DNA of 64,000 nt, taken from assembly GCA_021414225.1 (NCBI GenBank), contig JAIOOX010000002.1:161118-225117 (forward strand), read 5' to 3'. Below the pieces are notes generated by a model. The model ran no database searches and was not told where the DNA came from. It was given only the letters and a program-made list of their open reading frames with translations. This document shows positions 47,526 through 56,693 of the stretch, piece by piece; position 1 is the stretch's first letter, and each line of letters starts with the position of its first letter. Origin of the DNA: Candidatus Vogelbacteria bacterium (GTDB lineage Bacteria > Patescibacteriota > Minisyncoccia > Phycocordibacterales > XYD1-FULL-46-19). A program made the position numbers and the translations under genes.

Positions 47526-49185
47526 TGACCAATTCTCCTTCGAAATATCTCTAAGCGTTCTAAACCACCTCGGAAGAAACCTTTATCGTAGTTTTGCCAC
47601 AGTTTTGGGCGAAGCGATTTCAAATGCCTGGGATGCTGATGCGGAAAATGTCCAAATTTTCATAGACCGAGAAAACAGCAGTTTTTTCATAAAAGACGAC
47701 GGTATAGGAATGTCGAAAGACGATTTTCAAAATAAGTTTTTGAGGATCGGTTACTCAAAAAGGAAGGATGGGGGATCAAAGTCAGCGAAAAAACGTCCTT
47801 ATATAGGCAGAAAAGGTATCGGGAAACTGGCGCTCCTTTCATGCGCAAAGAAAATTACGATCATATCAAAGCAAAAAGGAGGCAAATATGTCGGAGGTAT
47901 CATTGATAACTCGGGTCTTGATAACGCAATCAAGCAAGACCTCACTCCTGACAAATATCCGCTCGGAGAATGGTCCGAGGAAGTTTTTGCAAAACACATT
48001 GAAGGACATGAGCAGGGAACCTTAATATATTTTGAAGGATTGAATGACGGTATAAAAAACAGTTTGGAGTTTTTGAAGAAAATAATCGCTCTGTATTTCA
48101 GATTTTCTCTGCTCGATAATTCTTTTAATATTTTTATAGACGATGAGAAGATTACTCACGAATGTCTTGACGACCTTGCTCAAAAAACAGAGTTTCTTTG
48201 GAGGATCAATGCCCATGATGATCCTTATGTGAAGGGTTTGGAGAATCGATTCACTCCTGAAAATAATGAACAAAGAACTATCAGTGTCGATAAGCCAGAT
48301 ATCAAAGGATTCATCGCTTCCGTCGAGCGCCCTAGAGACCTGAAAATAATGACGACCGAGGAACGTATCGGTATTGATCTTTTCGTGAACGGAAGATTAC
48401 GTGAAAGAGACATATTGAAGCACATCCCGACCTCTCGAGTGGCTGAAAGCTATCTCTACGGACAAATTCATTATAACGATCTTGATGAAGGCGCGGATCG
48501 TTTTACCAGCAGCAGAGAGGGAATAGTTGCCGACGACCCTACTTACAAAGAATTTCTCGATCTTTTCCGAAAGAAAGTGATTGGTCCCGTTATCGATGAC
48601 TGGGATAAGTGGAGAATCGCGCACAGGAAGGATGGTGATTCTGAAAATGACGCTATTCCAAAGAAGGACAGGAAGTCCCGAGAGCTTTACAACGCTGTTT
48701 CGGATGAGTACACCATGCCCACTAATTCTGCCAACAAGAAAAAAGTTGATGGATGGGTTAACGGCTTGGCCGACGACGCTCAGTATAACTTTTCTTCCTA
48801 CGCCGAGTGTTTTTTAGGAGAAAATCTGATCAGGAAATATGTTAAGGATCAAGGCATTGCTCTCACATCGGTCGCCAATGATCAAATAACGGAATGGAAA
48901 ACCAGGGAGGCGGAAAATAAGAGGCAGGGTAATATAAGCATCGACATAATGGAAAATGGTGAAGACCTGAGCTACCTTGGCATGGATACCTTAACCTTTT
49001 TGGTTGATGTGCCACCCGCTCCTGGAAGCGCGAACTCAATGAGACAAGATGCCAAGGAGTATAAACCTTTGAGAAATGCAGTGATGCACACTGCCATTTT
49101 GACAGATGCAGCAAAAGCAAAGTTGTCTTCGGTATATGAAAATATTAAAGGGCGAGTAAAGACTCTGCTTTCAGGAAGTAATTAA
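47512..49185 (+). CDS. GHKL (MORC/Hsp90-like) ATPase associated with the MTase
   Basis: EAISNAWDADA, DDGIGM, GRKGIGKLA, GT motif; C-terminal RNAVMH (RxxxxH). Confidence 0.85.
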   Translation: MKKTNDQFSFEISLSVLNHLGRNLYRSFATVLGEAISNAWDADAENVQIFIDRENSSFFIKDDGIGMSKDDFQNKFLRIGYSKRKDGGSKSAKKRPYIGRKGIGKLALLSCAKKITIISKQKGGKYVGGIIDNSGLDNAIKQDLTPDKYPLGEWSEEVFAKHIEGHEQGTLIYFEGLNDGIKNSLEFLKKIIALYFRFSLLDNSFNIFIDDEKITHECLDDLAQKTEFLWRINAHDDPYVKGLENRFTPENNEQRTISVDKPDIKGFIASVERPRDLKIMTTEERIGIDLFVNGRLRERDILKHIPTSRVAESYLYGQIHYNDLDEGADRFTSSREGIVADDPTYKEFLDLFRKKVIGPVIDDWDKWRIAHRKDGDSENDAIPKKDRKSRELYNAVSDEYTMPTNSANKKKVDGWVNGLADDAQYNFSSYAECFLGENLIRKYVKDQGIALTSVANDQITEWKTREAENKRQGNISIDIMENGEDLSYLGMDTLTFLVDVPPAPGSANSMRQDAKEYKPLRNAVMHTAILTDAAKAKLSSVYENIKGRVKTLLSGSN

Positions 49186-49190
49186 AATAT

Positions 49191-49748
49191 ATGAAAGAAG
49201 AACAGCTAGAAATTATAAATGAAAATGATGAGGTAATCGGACTTGAATCACGGAAGGTTATCCATCAAAAAGGGTTGCTTCATAGAGAGATTCACATCTG
49301 GTTTATTACCCCTGATCGAAAGATCATTTTCCAGCATCGTGCAAAAGACAAAGATACTTATCCAGACAAACTAGATGCGACAGTTGGAGGACACGTTGAT
49401 CCTGGTATGACATATGATGATACTGCAATAAAAGAAGGTAGGGAAGAAACTGGAGTCACTCTTGATTTAGCGAAATTGAAGTTGGTGAGAAAGATACACA
49501 AGAAAACTTTTGATGAGGATACAGGGCTCACAAATAATACAATCCGGTCCCAATATGCATATCTCTTTGAGGGAGGTATCAGTGATTTACAGATTGAGAC
49601 AGGTAAGGCAATTGGGTTTGAGGCATGGCCAATTGATTCTCTATCAAAATTAACTGAAGAAGATAGGTCTAAATTTATTCCCGCAATCCTCTCCAAAGAA
49701 TTTCTCGATCTTTTTGAGGAAAGTCAGAGGGTATTAAATTTAAAATAA
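49191..49748 (+). CDS. Nudix hydrolase (IDI/YfcD-like)
   Basis: GLLHR, GGHVDPG...AIKEGREETG. Confidence 0.88.
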   Translation: MKEEQLEIINENDEVIGLESRKVIHQKGLLHREIHIWFITPDRKIIFQHRAKDKDTYPDKLDATVGGHVDPGMTYDDTAIKEGREETGVTLDLAKLKLVRKIHKKTFDEDTGLTNNTIRSQYAYLFEGGISDLQIETGKAIGFEAWPIDSLSKLTEEDRSKFIPAILSKEFLDLFEESQRVLNLK

Positions 49749-49751
49749 TTT

Positions 49752-50180
49752 ATGAAAATTTACGTATTAGGAAGTAATAGTTTTGTTGAAGAAATGGTCA
49801 TGTGCAAAGATGAGCTTTGCAGAATTGGTCACGATGGTTGGATTCATCCTGATTACGAAGCACACGTCCGAGGCGAAAAGAGAGCATTTCCTGATACTAC
49901 GGTCCCAGGAGAGAGCGCCGACTTCAAACGGGCAAACAACTACATCAAGACCCATTATAAGCATATTTTGGAAAGTGACGCTGTTCTTATCGTAAACCTT
50001 GAAAAGAAAGGAGTTAAAAACTATATAGGTGGCAATTGTTTGATTGAGATGGGTCAGGCATACGTGACTGATAAGAAAATTTTTTTGCTCATGGATATTC
50101 CGCTCACCTTGCCATATCTTGATGAGATTAAGGCAATGGACCCTGTTTGTCTACAAGGAGATTTAACAAAAATAAAATAA
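49752..50180 (+). CDS. Nucleoside 2-deoxyribosyltransferase-like protein 1
   Basis: IYVLGS, ILESDAVLIVN, NYIGGNCLIEMGQA, KKIFL. Confidence 0.7.
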   Translation: MKIYVLGSNSFVEEMVMCKDELCRIGHDGWIHPDYEAHVRGEKRAFPDTTVPGESADFKRANNYIKTHYKHILESDAVLIVNLEKKGVKNYIGGNCLIEMGQAYVTDKKIFLLMDIPLTLPYLDEIKAMDPVCLQGDLTKIK

Positions 50181-50185
50181 CCAAT

Positions 50186-50593
50186 ATGATAATTACAATT
50201 TGCGGATCAATGAAATTTAATAATGAGATGATTACACTTCAGAAGGAGTTGGAATCGGCTGGTCATACCGTTTATATGCCAATTGCAATTGAAAATCTTG
50301 ATTATTGGCAGGAAGACGGAGCAAAACGAGTTGAAGCGAAGAAAGGACAAAATCTTGTAGCGACCCACATGGATAAAATCGAAAAATCAGAAGCTATTCT
50401 GGTTGCAAACTATACAAAAGGAGATTCAAAAAATTACATTGGGGCAAATACATTTCTCGAGATGGGTTTTGCTCATTACAGAGGTAAAAAGATTTTTGCA
50501 TTAAATACACTGCCTGATCAGAAATATATCAGTGACGAACTTCTCTCCTTTGATCCAATCATCTTAAACGGGGATATAAGTAATATTTCTTAA
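50186..50593 (+). CDS. Nucleoside 2-deoxyribosyltransferase-like protein 2
   Basis: ITICGS, IEKSEAILVAN, NYIGANTFLEMGFA, KKIF; ATG at 50186. Confidence 0.7.
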   Translation: MIITICGSMKFNNEMITLQKELESAGHTVYMPIAIENLDYWQEDGAKRVEAKKGQNLVATHMDKIEKSEAILVANYTKGDSKNYIGANTFLEMGFAHYRGKKIFALNTLPDQKYISDELLSFDPIILNGDISNIS

Positions 50594-50598
50594 TATTT

Positions 50599-51033
50599 AT
50601 GTGGCTTATTTATTCATTAGCAGCTTCGCTTTTTTGGGGATTAACCTATGTTCTAAATGAACGGGTCTACAAACATATCTCTTTTCTCACCTCACTAGTG
50701 ATCACTTCCTTCTTTGCTTTTGTAACTCTGGGATTAGTCTCCTATTTTACTCGAAATCTACAGAAAGACCTTCATACAATTGTTTCTTCCGAGGCTGTAT
50801 TATGGCTTGTGGGTGGTGGGGTAGTCACACTTATTGTTGCAGAAGTTTTCATCGGTCTTTCTATCAGTTCTAAAAACGCAACCTTATCGGGACTTATCGA
50901 AATTTCGTACCCAATTTTCATTGCATTATTTTCCTATCTCCTTTTTAAGGAAAATCAACTAACTTTACCTACAGGTATAGGGGCATCTCTTATTTTTATT
51001 GGTATAGCAGTAATCTACTTTTTTAATAAATAA
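50599..51033 (+). CDS. Single-domain EamA/DMT family membrane protein
   Basis: Five TM helices; ASLFWG, PIF.ALFSYL.FKE, G..LIF.G. Confidence 0.8.
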   Translation: MWLIYSLAASLFWGLTYVLNERVYKHISFLTSLVITSFFAFVTLGLVSYFTRNLQKDLHTIVSSEAVLWLVGGGVVTLIVAEVFIGLSISSKNATLSGLIEISYPIFIALFSYLLFKENQLTLPTGIGASLIFIGIAVIYFFNK

Positions 51034-51366
51034 ATGAGTAATTATTTTTTTCTAGCATTTATCATTACGATCATAATCACACGTCTATTTCTTTTTCTTA
51101 ATCCTATCCCTGCACCAACAATAGGGAAGTTCAGAACGCATCATTACATGTTCGGAATTTTGGGAATTATAGTCGGTCTTCTCACACATTGGCTCGTGGT
51201 ATATGCAATAGGATGGGGCCTTTTCATAGATGAACTGACATATCTTCTCATGAGAGGAAAAAATCATCAGGATAATTATTCTAAAGTCTCACTGTTTGGA
51301 ACCCTGATCTTTGTAATTCTTGTTTTTCTTTTAAAAGATTATCTCTTACTTTTATATAGCTTTTAG
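51034..51366 (+). CDS. Small membrane protein (HHY..G / GLFIDE motif)
   Basis: Hydrophobic; RTHHYMFG, GWGLFIDEL. Confidence 0.7.
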   Translation: MSNYFFLAFIITIIITRLFLFLNPIPAPTIGKFRTHHYMFGILGIIVGLLTHWLVVYAIGWGLFIDELTYLLMRGKNHQDNYSKVSLFGTLIFVILVFLLKDYLLLLYSF

Positions 51367-51419
51367 GTAAAAGTATGGTAATTTAAGATTAAAGTTAACT
51401 TAAACAAAAGGAGGATACC

Positions 51420-52064
51420 ATGCAATGGATTAGTGCAATGCGTCCCCCTTGCGGGACGTTAACAGCTCTTTTAGTGATCTCGGGGTTTCTCTACGGCCAC
51501 CAGCCAATTGACTGGAGTGTTGTTGTTGCGGTGTTTTTCATAACCTCAATGGCAATGCTGATCAACGATTACCATGACAGAGAAATTGATGTTGCTAAGG
51601 GGAAACTTTTAGCAAGCAGTCAACCAGTATGGTTTCTGCGCTATGCTGTGGCGTTTGCAGTAATCAGTCTCGGACTCTGTCTTGTTGTTTGGTCACGTAA
51701 TTCACATTTCGGAATGCTGTGCGTGGGCATGTGGATCACATCTATAGCCTACAACAAAGCTCAGCGGAATCCTGTGGCAAAGAATATAATTGTCAGCATA
51801 AACGTCGGGGCAACAATTTTATTTCCTTTGCTCGCAGGCAGTAAGGTTTTCGAATTGTGGATCATGGCAGTCCTTATCGTTCTCATAATAACCGTAAGGG
51901 AGTATATGAAGGACGTGGAGGACATGGAGGTCGATCGTGGCAAGAAACGAACGCTCGCATTGGTCATGAATAGTAGGATCAGGAGGGATTCAGCAATACG
52001 CTGGAAACATCTCATGACTCTGCTCCTAGTGGCGTTAATGGTCGGGTGTGCAATCAATTACTAA
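51420..52064 (+). CDS. UbiA-family prenyltransferase (DGGGP synthase-like, short)
   Basis: INDYHDREID and REYMKDVEDMEVD..RTL Asp-rich motifs; GGAGG RBS. Confidence 0.8.
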   Translation: MQWISAMRPPCGTLTALLVISGFLYGHQPIDWSVVVAVFFITSMAMLINDYHDREIDVAKGKLLASSQPVWFLRYAVAFAVISLGLCLVVWSRNSHFGMLCVGMWITSIAYNKAQRNPVAKNIIVSINVGATILFPLLAGSKVFELWIMAVLIVLIITVREYMKDVEDMEVDRGKKRTLALVMNSRIRRDSAIRWKHLMTLLLVALMVGCAINY

Positions 52065-52202
52065 GGACTGGAGAGGAAGCGCTGGTGCGTTTCTGCCAGT
52101 CCTTTCTCTTTCTACTTGCTAATACGATAAAATCGTGTTATGTTTTGTCGCAGCACAGTAGTCAGTTAATTTTAACCAACAACACGAAAGGAGGGTGTCC
52201 AT

Positions 52203-53360
52203 ATGGCCCAAAAGCCTGTCATTGCATACATTGAAAGTAGTCATAGCGGAATGAGTGATGATAATCACTACCGTGATGCCCTCAGCTTTTTTCTGAGACA
52301 GCATCTTGGGTGTGAAGTCATCATTTACGATTACGATCGTGATTTTGAGGAAGACCTAGCGCGAGTTCAAAAACTCTCGAAAGGTAGTCAGCTGATCGCG
52401 GTCATCGTGAAGCAGCAAGAATATGATGATCAGCACACGAGAGTGATTCAAAAGGTTCGTTTGGATGTTTCCAAAACTTTACCTGTCGTGGTAATTCCCG
52501 ATTGGCGAGGTGAGGAGAGGTTCAACGGACTTCCAGACGATCTGCTCGTTTACACGCACGACCACAGCAGTCCCGAACTAGTGGAGCTGATCAACAACCT
52601 GATCAGCGTCTGGAAGCCTGGCCTTAATTGGCTCGGCGCACAGACGACAGAGGATCAGGTGATCCTTATGGCTCAACTGGAAAACGCTTATCGAAAGCAC
52701 TACCTTGATGATGAAGACGATGGAATGCTCGGTACTCCCGATCGTAACCATCAAATCGTTGCCGAGGCGCTACGACTCAAACTGCTTCCCTCGATTTGCC
52801 TAAAGGCCGAGTTTGACGACACGATTGAGAGAAAGACTCGAGTGTTTGTCACCGCAGAGCCTTCGGTGTATCAAAAGGAAGTAGAGAAGATCAAGGCGAT
52901 GAGTGATGATGAGCGGAAGGAATTCGATCACTCTTTGGATCGAGCAAGAGGCCACATGCCAGCTGAAGGTGGGGGCGTTTATGTGACTCGCGCATCATGT
53001 GGCGAGAATGTAAACGGCATCGCCATTGATCCAGTGACTCTGGAAACCTATGTGACGCATCGCTTCGGCGAGCATCACATGGCGAAGGATATGCTGGCTC
53101 GTCGCATTGAAGTAATCGAGGAGCTCAAGAAGGGAAGGAACGGGTCCGAGAACCACGACGAAGATGCCGAGTATCGGGTCAAGTGGCGCATAATGGCTGG
53201 ACTGATCTTTTCGGAGATCGACGGCTTCACCACTCCTATCGTGCGTTTGTATAAAGAGCATGGCGTCAACGAGGAGGACTCGAAAAAGGTTGTGGCCTTC
53301 TTATTGCGAGAACAGCGATTCATTCCGGTCGATTTTGACGGAAAGGTGATGGAATGCTAG
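52203..53360 (+). CDS. Hypothetical moron protein (alpha/beta, possibly receiver-like N-terminus)
   Basis: AAGGAGG RBS, own flanking hairpins; no recognisable family. Confidence 0.7.
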   Translation: MAQKPVIAYIESSHSGMSDDNHYRDALSFFLRQHLGCEVIIYDYDRDFEEDLARVQKLSKGSQLIAVIVKQQEYDDQHTRVIQKVRLDVSKTLPVVVIPDWRGEERFNGLPDDLLVYTHDHSSPELVELINNLISVWKPGLNWLGAQTTEDQVILMAQLENAYRKHYLDDEDDGMLGTPDRNHQIVAEALRLKLLPSICLKAEFDDTIERKTRVFVTAEPSVYQKEVEKIKAMSDDERKEFDHSLDRARGHMPAEGGGVYVTRASCGENVNGIAIDPVTLETYVTHRFGEHHMAKDMLARRIEVIEELKKGRNGSENHDEDAEYRVKWRIMAGLIFSEIDGFTTPIVRLYKEHGVNEEDSKKVVAFLLREQRFIPVDFDGKVMEC

Positions 53361-53363
53361 TAC

Positions 53364-53392
53364 AGGGACCAACGTTCAAACCGTTGGTCCCT
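53364..53392. terminator. Hairpin between convergent genes
   Basis: AGGGACCAACG-TTCAAAC-CGTTGGTCCCT. Confidence 0.7.
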
Positions 53393-53396
53393 ATTT

Positions 53397-53612
53397 TTAT
53401 ATTTTTTCTACTTCGTACTCAACCCTTGCAGTTATTTGATAGACTCGTGTAGCGCTGATTTTAAACTTACGGCCGGTTTCTTCTTGGGTATGAAAGTTCC
53501 CATCAGTTAAACCATTCCTAAATTCAAAAATTTCAAAATAGCGAGGCAAAAACTTTAACTCTTTTTTGTGCGAAGTATATTTTTTGATCAAACTAGGATT
53601 TGGTTTGTTCAT
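53397..53612 (-). CDS. Stand-alone sigma-70 region-4 HTH protein
   Basis: FRNGL.DG..HTQEETGRKFKISATRVYQI. Confidence 0.75.
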   Translation of the reverse strand: MNKPNPSLIKKYTSHKKELKFLPRYFEIFEFRNGLTDGNFHTQEETGRKFKISATRVYQITARVEYEVEKI

Positions 53613-53613
53613 C

Positions 53614-54960
53614 TTACTTATGAATTAAAGATAATATATTTTCGTGAACTTTGTTATTGTCTATTTGATATTTTACAAAGCCCTCATCTGCCTCGGAGAA
53701 AACCATAAAATTACTGCCATTGAATTCATCACTCGGTATTAGAAAAATACGGTCGATGGGTTCTGCTTTGTTTAAAGCGATACTTACTGCAAATACGTCT
53801 TTATAATTTCTCATTTCCTCTTTAACTACGAAGCATCGGTAGGGTACATTTTCCTGCTGGAAGCTTACGCTGTAGGTAATTGGAATCTTCTTTATTTCTT
53901 TTTCAATATCATCCTCTGACAAGCCCTTCTCAGTAAATAACTCTTTAATTTCTTGTTCAACTAGTCTTTTTGCTTTGTTTATTGAGCAGATTCCTTTCTT
54001 CCATCGTGATGGCATCAGCCAATAGAGACGTTCCTGTGCTTCCCAGAACATCTTAGGATCTACTACAGCAGGGAAGGCGTTGGGAGTAATGACCCATTCA
54101 CTTCTTGGATTTTCAACCTGCTTCTGTTTAAGCCTACTCCATGTCTTATTATAAACTCGAGAGCCAGTATAAACTTCATTTCCTAGAATTCGTAAAACTT
54201 TGTCTCTCGACCATTGCTTACCATTTGCAGAGAGGATACCTCTTTCATTTAAAATTTCTGCGATGTCTTGAGGTGTTTTCCATTCTCTTAAAAATAGTTG
54301 AAAGATATCTTTTACTGTTTGAGTCGTCTCGTCATTGAGCGGAGTAAAGGTGACACGTTGGTTAGAAATAAGTTTGTGTTGGCCTTTTTTCAATATTCCA
54401 ATAGGCTTTTTCATTTCATCCAAAAGTAATCGCGCCATGCCGTAGCTTGCCGTACCACCTGCTGAATATCCATCCTTTGAGACTCTAATACAGCCATACC
54501 AAACTTTTTCACTAAGTTGGCGAGAGTACTGAGCTGCCATCCAACGCTCCATCGGAGTAATGATACTTTCCGTCATCTCCTGACCCTCTCTAGGAAAACC
54601 TCTGGAGATATAGATTACTTTCTTATCGTTCTGTTCACATTGATGCTCATAGTGAGCTGCTTCGTTCTGGTTTTGGAATCTACCCCAGCGAGATACGTCA
54701 TATACTAAAATGAAGTCGAAATGTGGAGCGTCAGGATTCAATACCCAATTATTTAAAAGACTTTGGAAACCTGGACGATTGGCAGTAAGTCCACTAACTC
54801 CTTCGTCTGATTCTTCGTGAATTATTTGGATGTTAAATTTTGCGGCAAAGAGTTGGGCATGTTCACGTTGAATAGGAACCGAATTCTCTTGTTTGTCTTC
54901 AGCAGAGTGTCGATAGTAGGCAACAGCTTTTTTTGTTGAATTGGGATTAAGGAATTTCAT
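53614..54960 (-). CDS. Large serine recombinase family protein
   Basis: AVAYYRHS..KQENS, DEGVSG..RPG, DVSRWGR, recombinase domain; no Zn ribbon visible. Confidence 0.9.
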   Translation of the reverse strand: MKFLNPNSTKKAVAYYRHSAEDKQENSVPIQREHAQLFAAKFNIQIIHEESDEGVSGLTANRPGFQSLLNNWVLNPDAPHFDFILVYDVSRWGRFQNQNEAAHYEHQCEQNDKKVIYISRGFPREGQEMTESIITPMERWMAAQYSRQLSEKVWYGCIRVSKDGYSAGGTASYGMARLLLDEMKKPIGILKKGQHKLISNQRVTFTPLNDETTQTVKDIFQLFLREWKTPQDIAEILNERGILSANGKQWSRDKVLRILGNEVYTGSRVYNKTWSRLKQKQVENPRSEWVITPNAFPAVVDPKMFWEAQERLYWLMPSRWKKGICSINKAKRLVEQEIKELFTEKGLSEDDIEKEIKKIPITYSVSFQQENVPYRCFVVKEEMRNYKDVFAVSIALNKAEPIDRIFLIPSDEFNGSNFMVFSEADEGFVKYQIDNNKVHENILSLIHK

Positions 54961-54962
54961 AC

Positions 54963-55820
54963 TTATAAAAGCTTCTTGAGCTCACGTAATTGGGTTTCTT
55001 CTTTTGAACTGAATGGCGTACCATTCTTTCTTTTTGCGCTGATTTCTTGAATAAGCTGCTCGATATGAAGAGAAAAGCCTGACTGAATTGTTTTTATATC
55101 TAAAGCAGCAACCGTTGTGTCAGGATCAGAAAGAAACTCGATGATCTCTTTTTCATTTGCAGCTGCTCTTGCAAAAATTTTGGCGATCTTTCGAAAATCT
55201 TTTGAACTTCGTATAACTTTATGCCTTACCTTCTCAAAGATAATTTTAATAATATCGTGTACCTCATACTGCTTAACCCTGCGAAGCTTTGGACGTAATC
55301 TTACGAACTCTAAGCGGTATGCCTCAGTAAGCTCATACTTTTCCATTACTTGAAGATATTCCAATTTCTGCTCTCTCAGCTGTAGGGAATTTGATACCAC
55401 AGTTGCTGACATACTTATTAGTTCAGCAAGCTGTTTTATGGTTTTTAAATTCAGACTTGTCTTAATACTATGCAATGCGTTTGATTTTTCCTGAGGCTTC
55501 CATGCTCGTCGATTGTTTTGCTTCTCATATCGTCTTAAATGGAGTTCTCCTTCATCAAGATTTGGATAAATTTGGCACATTACACTTTTGAATCCGAGAT
55601 CCTTTAAACAATCATATCTGCGATGACCGTCAATAATTAAATATCGACCATCCTCAATCTCCATAACCATTAACGGCTCTTCCAGCCCAAATTGCTTAAT
55701 AGAGTTCATAAGCTTCTCCTTATCTCGAGGAGTTGCATACTCTAATTTTCTAGGCTGATTACTATCAGGCTCTATGTGCTCCAAAGGGAGCTCTTTGAAT
55801 AAGGTTTTGTGTGTATCCAT
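54963..55820 (-). CDS. ParB/Srx N-terminal domain protein
   Basis: NQPRK, SIKQFGLEEP, IIDGHRR; probable ATG at 55820. Confidence 0.88.
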   Translation of the reverse strand: MDTHKTLFKELPLEHIEPDSNQPRKLEYATPRDKEKLMNSIKQFGLEEPLMVMEIEDGRYLIIDGHRRYDCLKDLGFKSVMCQIYPNLDEGELHLRRYEKQNNRRAWKPQEKSNALHSIKTSLNLKTIKQLAELISMSATVVSNSLQLREQKLEYLQVMEKYELTEAYRLEFVRLRPKLRRVKQYEVHDIIKIIFEKVRHKVIRSSKDFRKIAKIFARAAANEKEIIEFLSDPDTTVAALDIKTIQSGFSLHIEQLIQEISAKRKNGTPFSSKEETQLRELKKLL

Positions 55821-55973
55821 ATATAAAAGGGGAAGTATTTCCATGGCGTCCCAAAATGTCCGAGAACCGCCCAAAATGTCCCGATTTCGATCACCCTACC
55901 ATAGGTATGTATTCCTGTAAAGAATTTACAGAAAATATATGGCTACAGATATTATGTTTTCGAAAATGTTCTG

Positions 55974-56324
55974 CTAGATAAAATCTATTTTTGAAACTTC
56001 GTTTTTAAGATTTTCTATGTCCGCCAGAACCCTGTTGTAGATGCCGAGAGCCTTTTCATACTCCTGTTTATTTATAGAGTCAGGATTACTCAAGGTTTCT
56101 TTGACTGAATTTATGATTTCAAGTTCCTCTGGTGTGACAAAAGTGGCTAAGGAGACGTAAGAATTAGCAAGAACCATGATCTGGTCTTTGATCTTTCTTT
56201 TTACTTCATCTTTCGAATCTGCTAGCGTAGTTGAGTCGTTCAACGAAACTGCAAAAGGTGTGTGTCCGAAAAGGAGAGCTTTGTTCGTATTAAATTTTGG
56301 GGGTTCGTAAATTGGATTCTTCAT
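55974..56324 (-). CDS. Hypothetical protein with structured 5' leader
   Basis: Probable start MKNPIY at 56324; promoter TTCAAA-N17-TATAAT with TG extension at about 56532-56504. Confidence 0.6.
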   Translation of the reverse strand: MKNPIYEPPKFNTNKALLFGHTPFAVSLNDSTTLADSKDEVKRKIKDQIMVLANSYVSLATFVTPEELEIINSVKETLSNPDSINKQEYEKALGIYNRVLADIENLKNEVSKIDFI

Positions 56325-56329
56325 GGAAT

Positions 56330-56497
56330 GACTATGATACACAAAAAGCCCACCACATGAGTAGAGGCCGAAGCCCCTCATACCAGTTTCCCAGTATGGC
56401 CTGACGGACACCCCATATGATGGGTTCTTTGTGTCCGTCAGGACTTTTTCGCCATGCCAGTGATATCACTAGTTTAGGCTACTTTATATTCAGTTGT
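56330..56497 (-). ncRNA. Structured RNA leader or ncRNA
   Basis: Hairpins CTAGTGATATCACTGG; CCTGACGGACAC..GTGTCCGTCAGG; CATACTGG-GAAA-CTGGTATG; GAGGGGC-TTCG-GCCTCT (GNRA and UUCG loops in minus orientation). Confidence 0.55.
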
Positions 56498-56658
56498 GAG
56501 TGCATTATAACAGAAACTTTTACTCATTTGAAGGCCTTCGATTTTTATGTCATAAAACAAAAAACTAGGCCACATATACTAAAAATGTCTGGTATGCAAG
56601 AAATAAATGGTGCATAAATCTGTGTATTAATTGTGGATGAAAAGGCATGTAAAATTCA

Positions 56659-56687
56659 TTGACGATCAAAACCAGCGGCGCTAGTAT
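56659..56687 (+). promoter_or_regulatory. Sigma-70 promoter of the integrase
   Basis: TTGACG-N17-TAGTAT. Confidence 0.6.
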
Positions 56688-56693
56688 TTGCAT

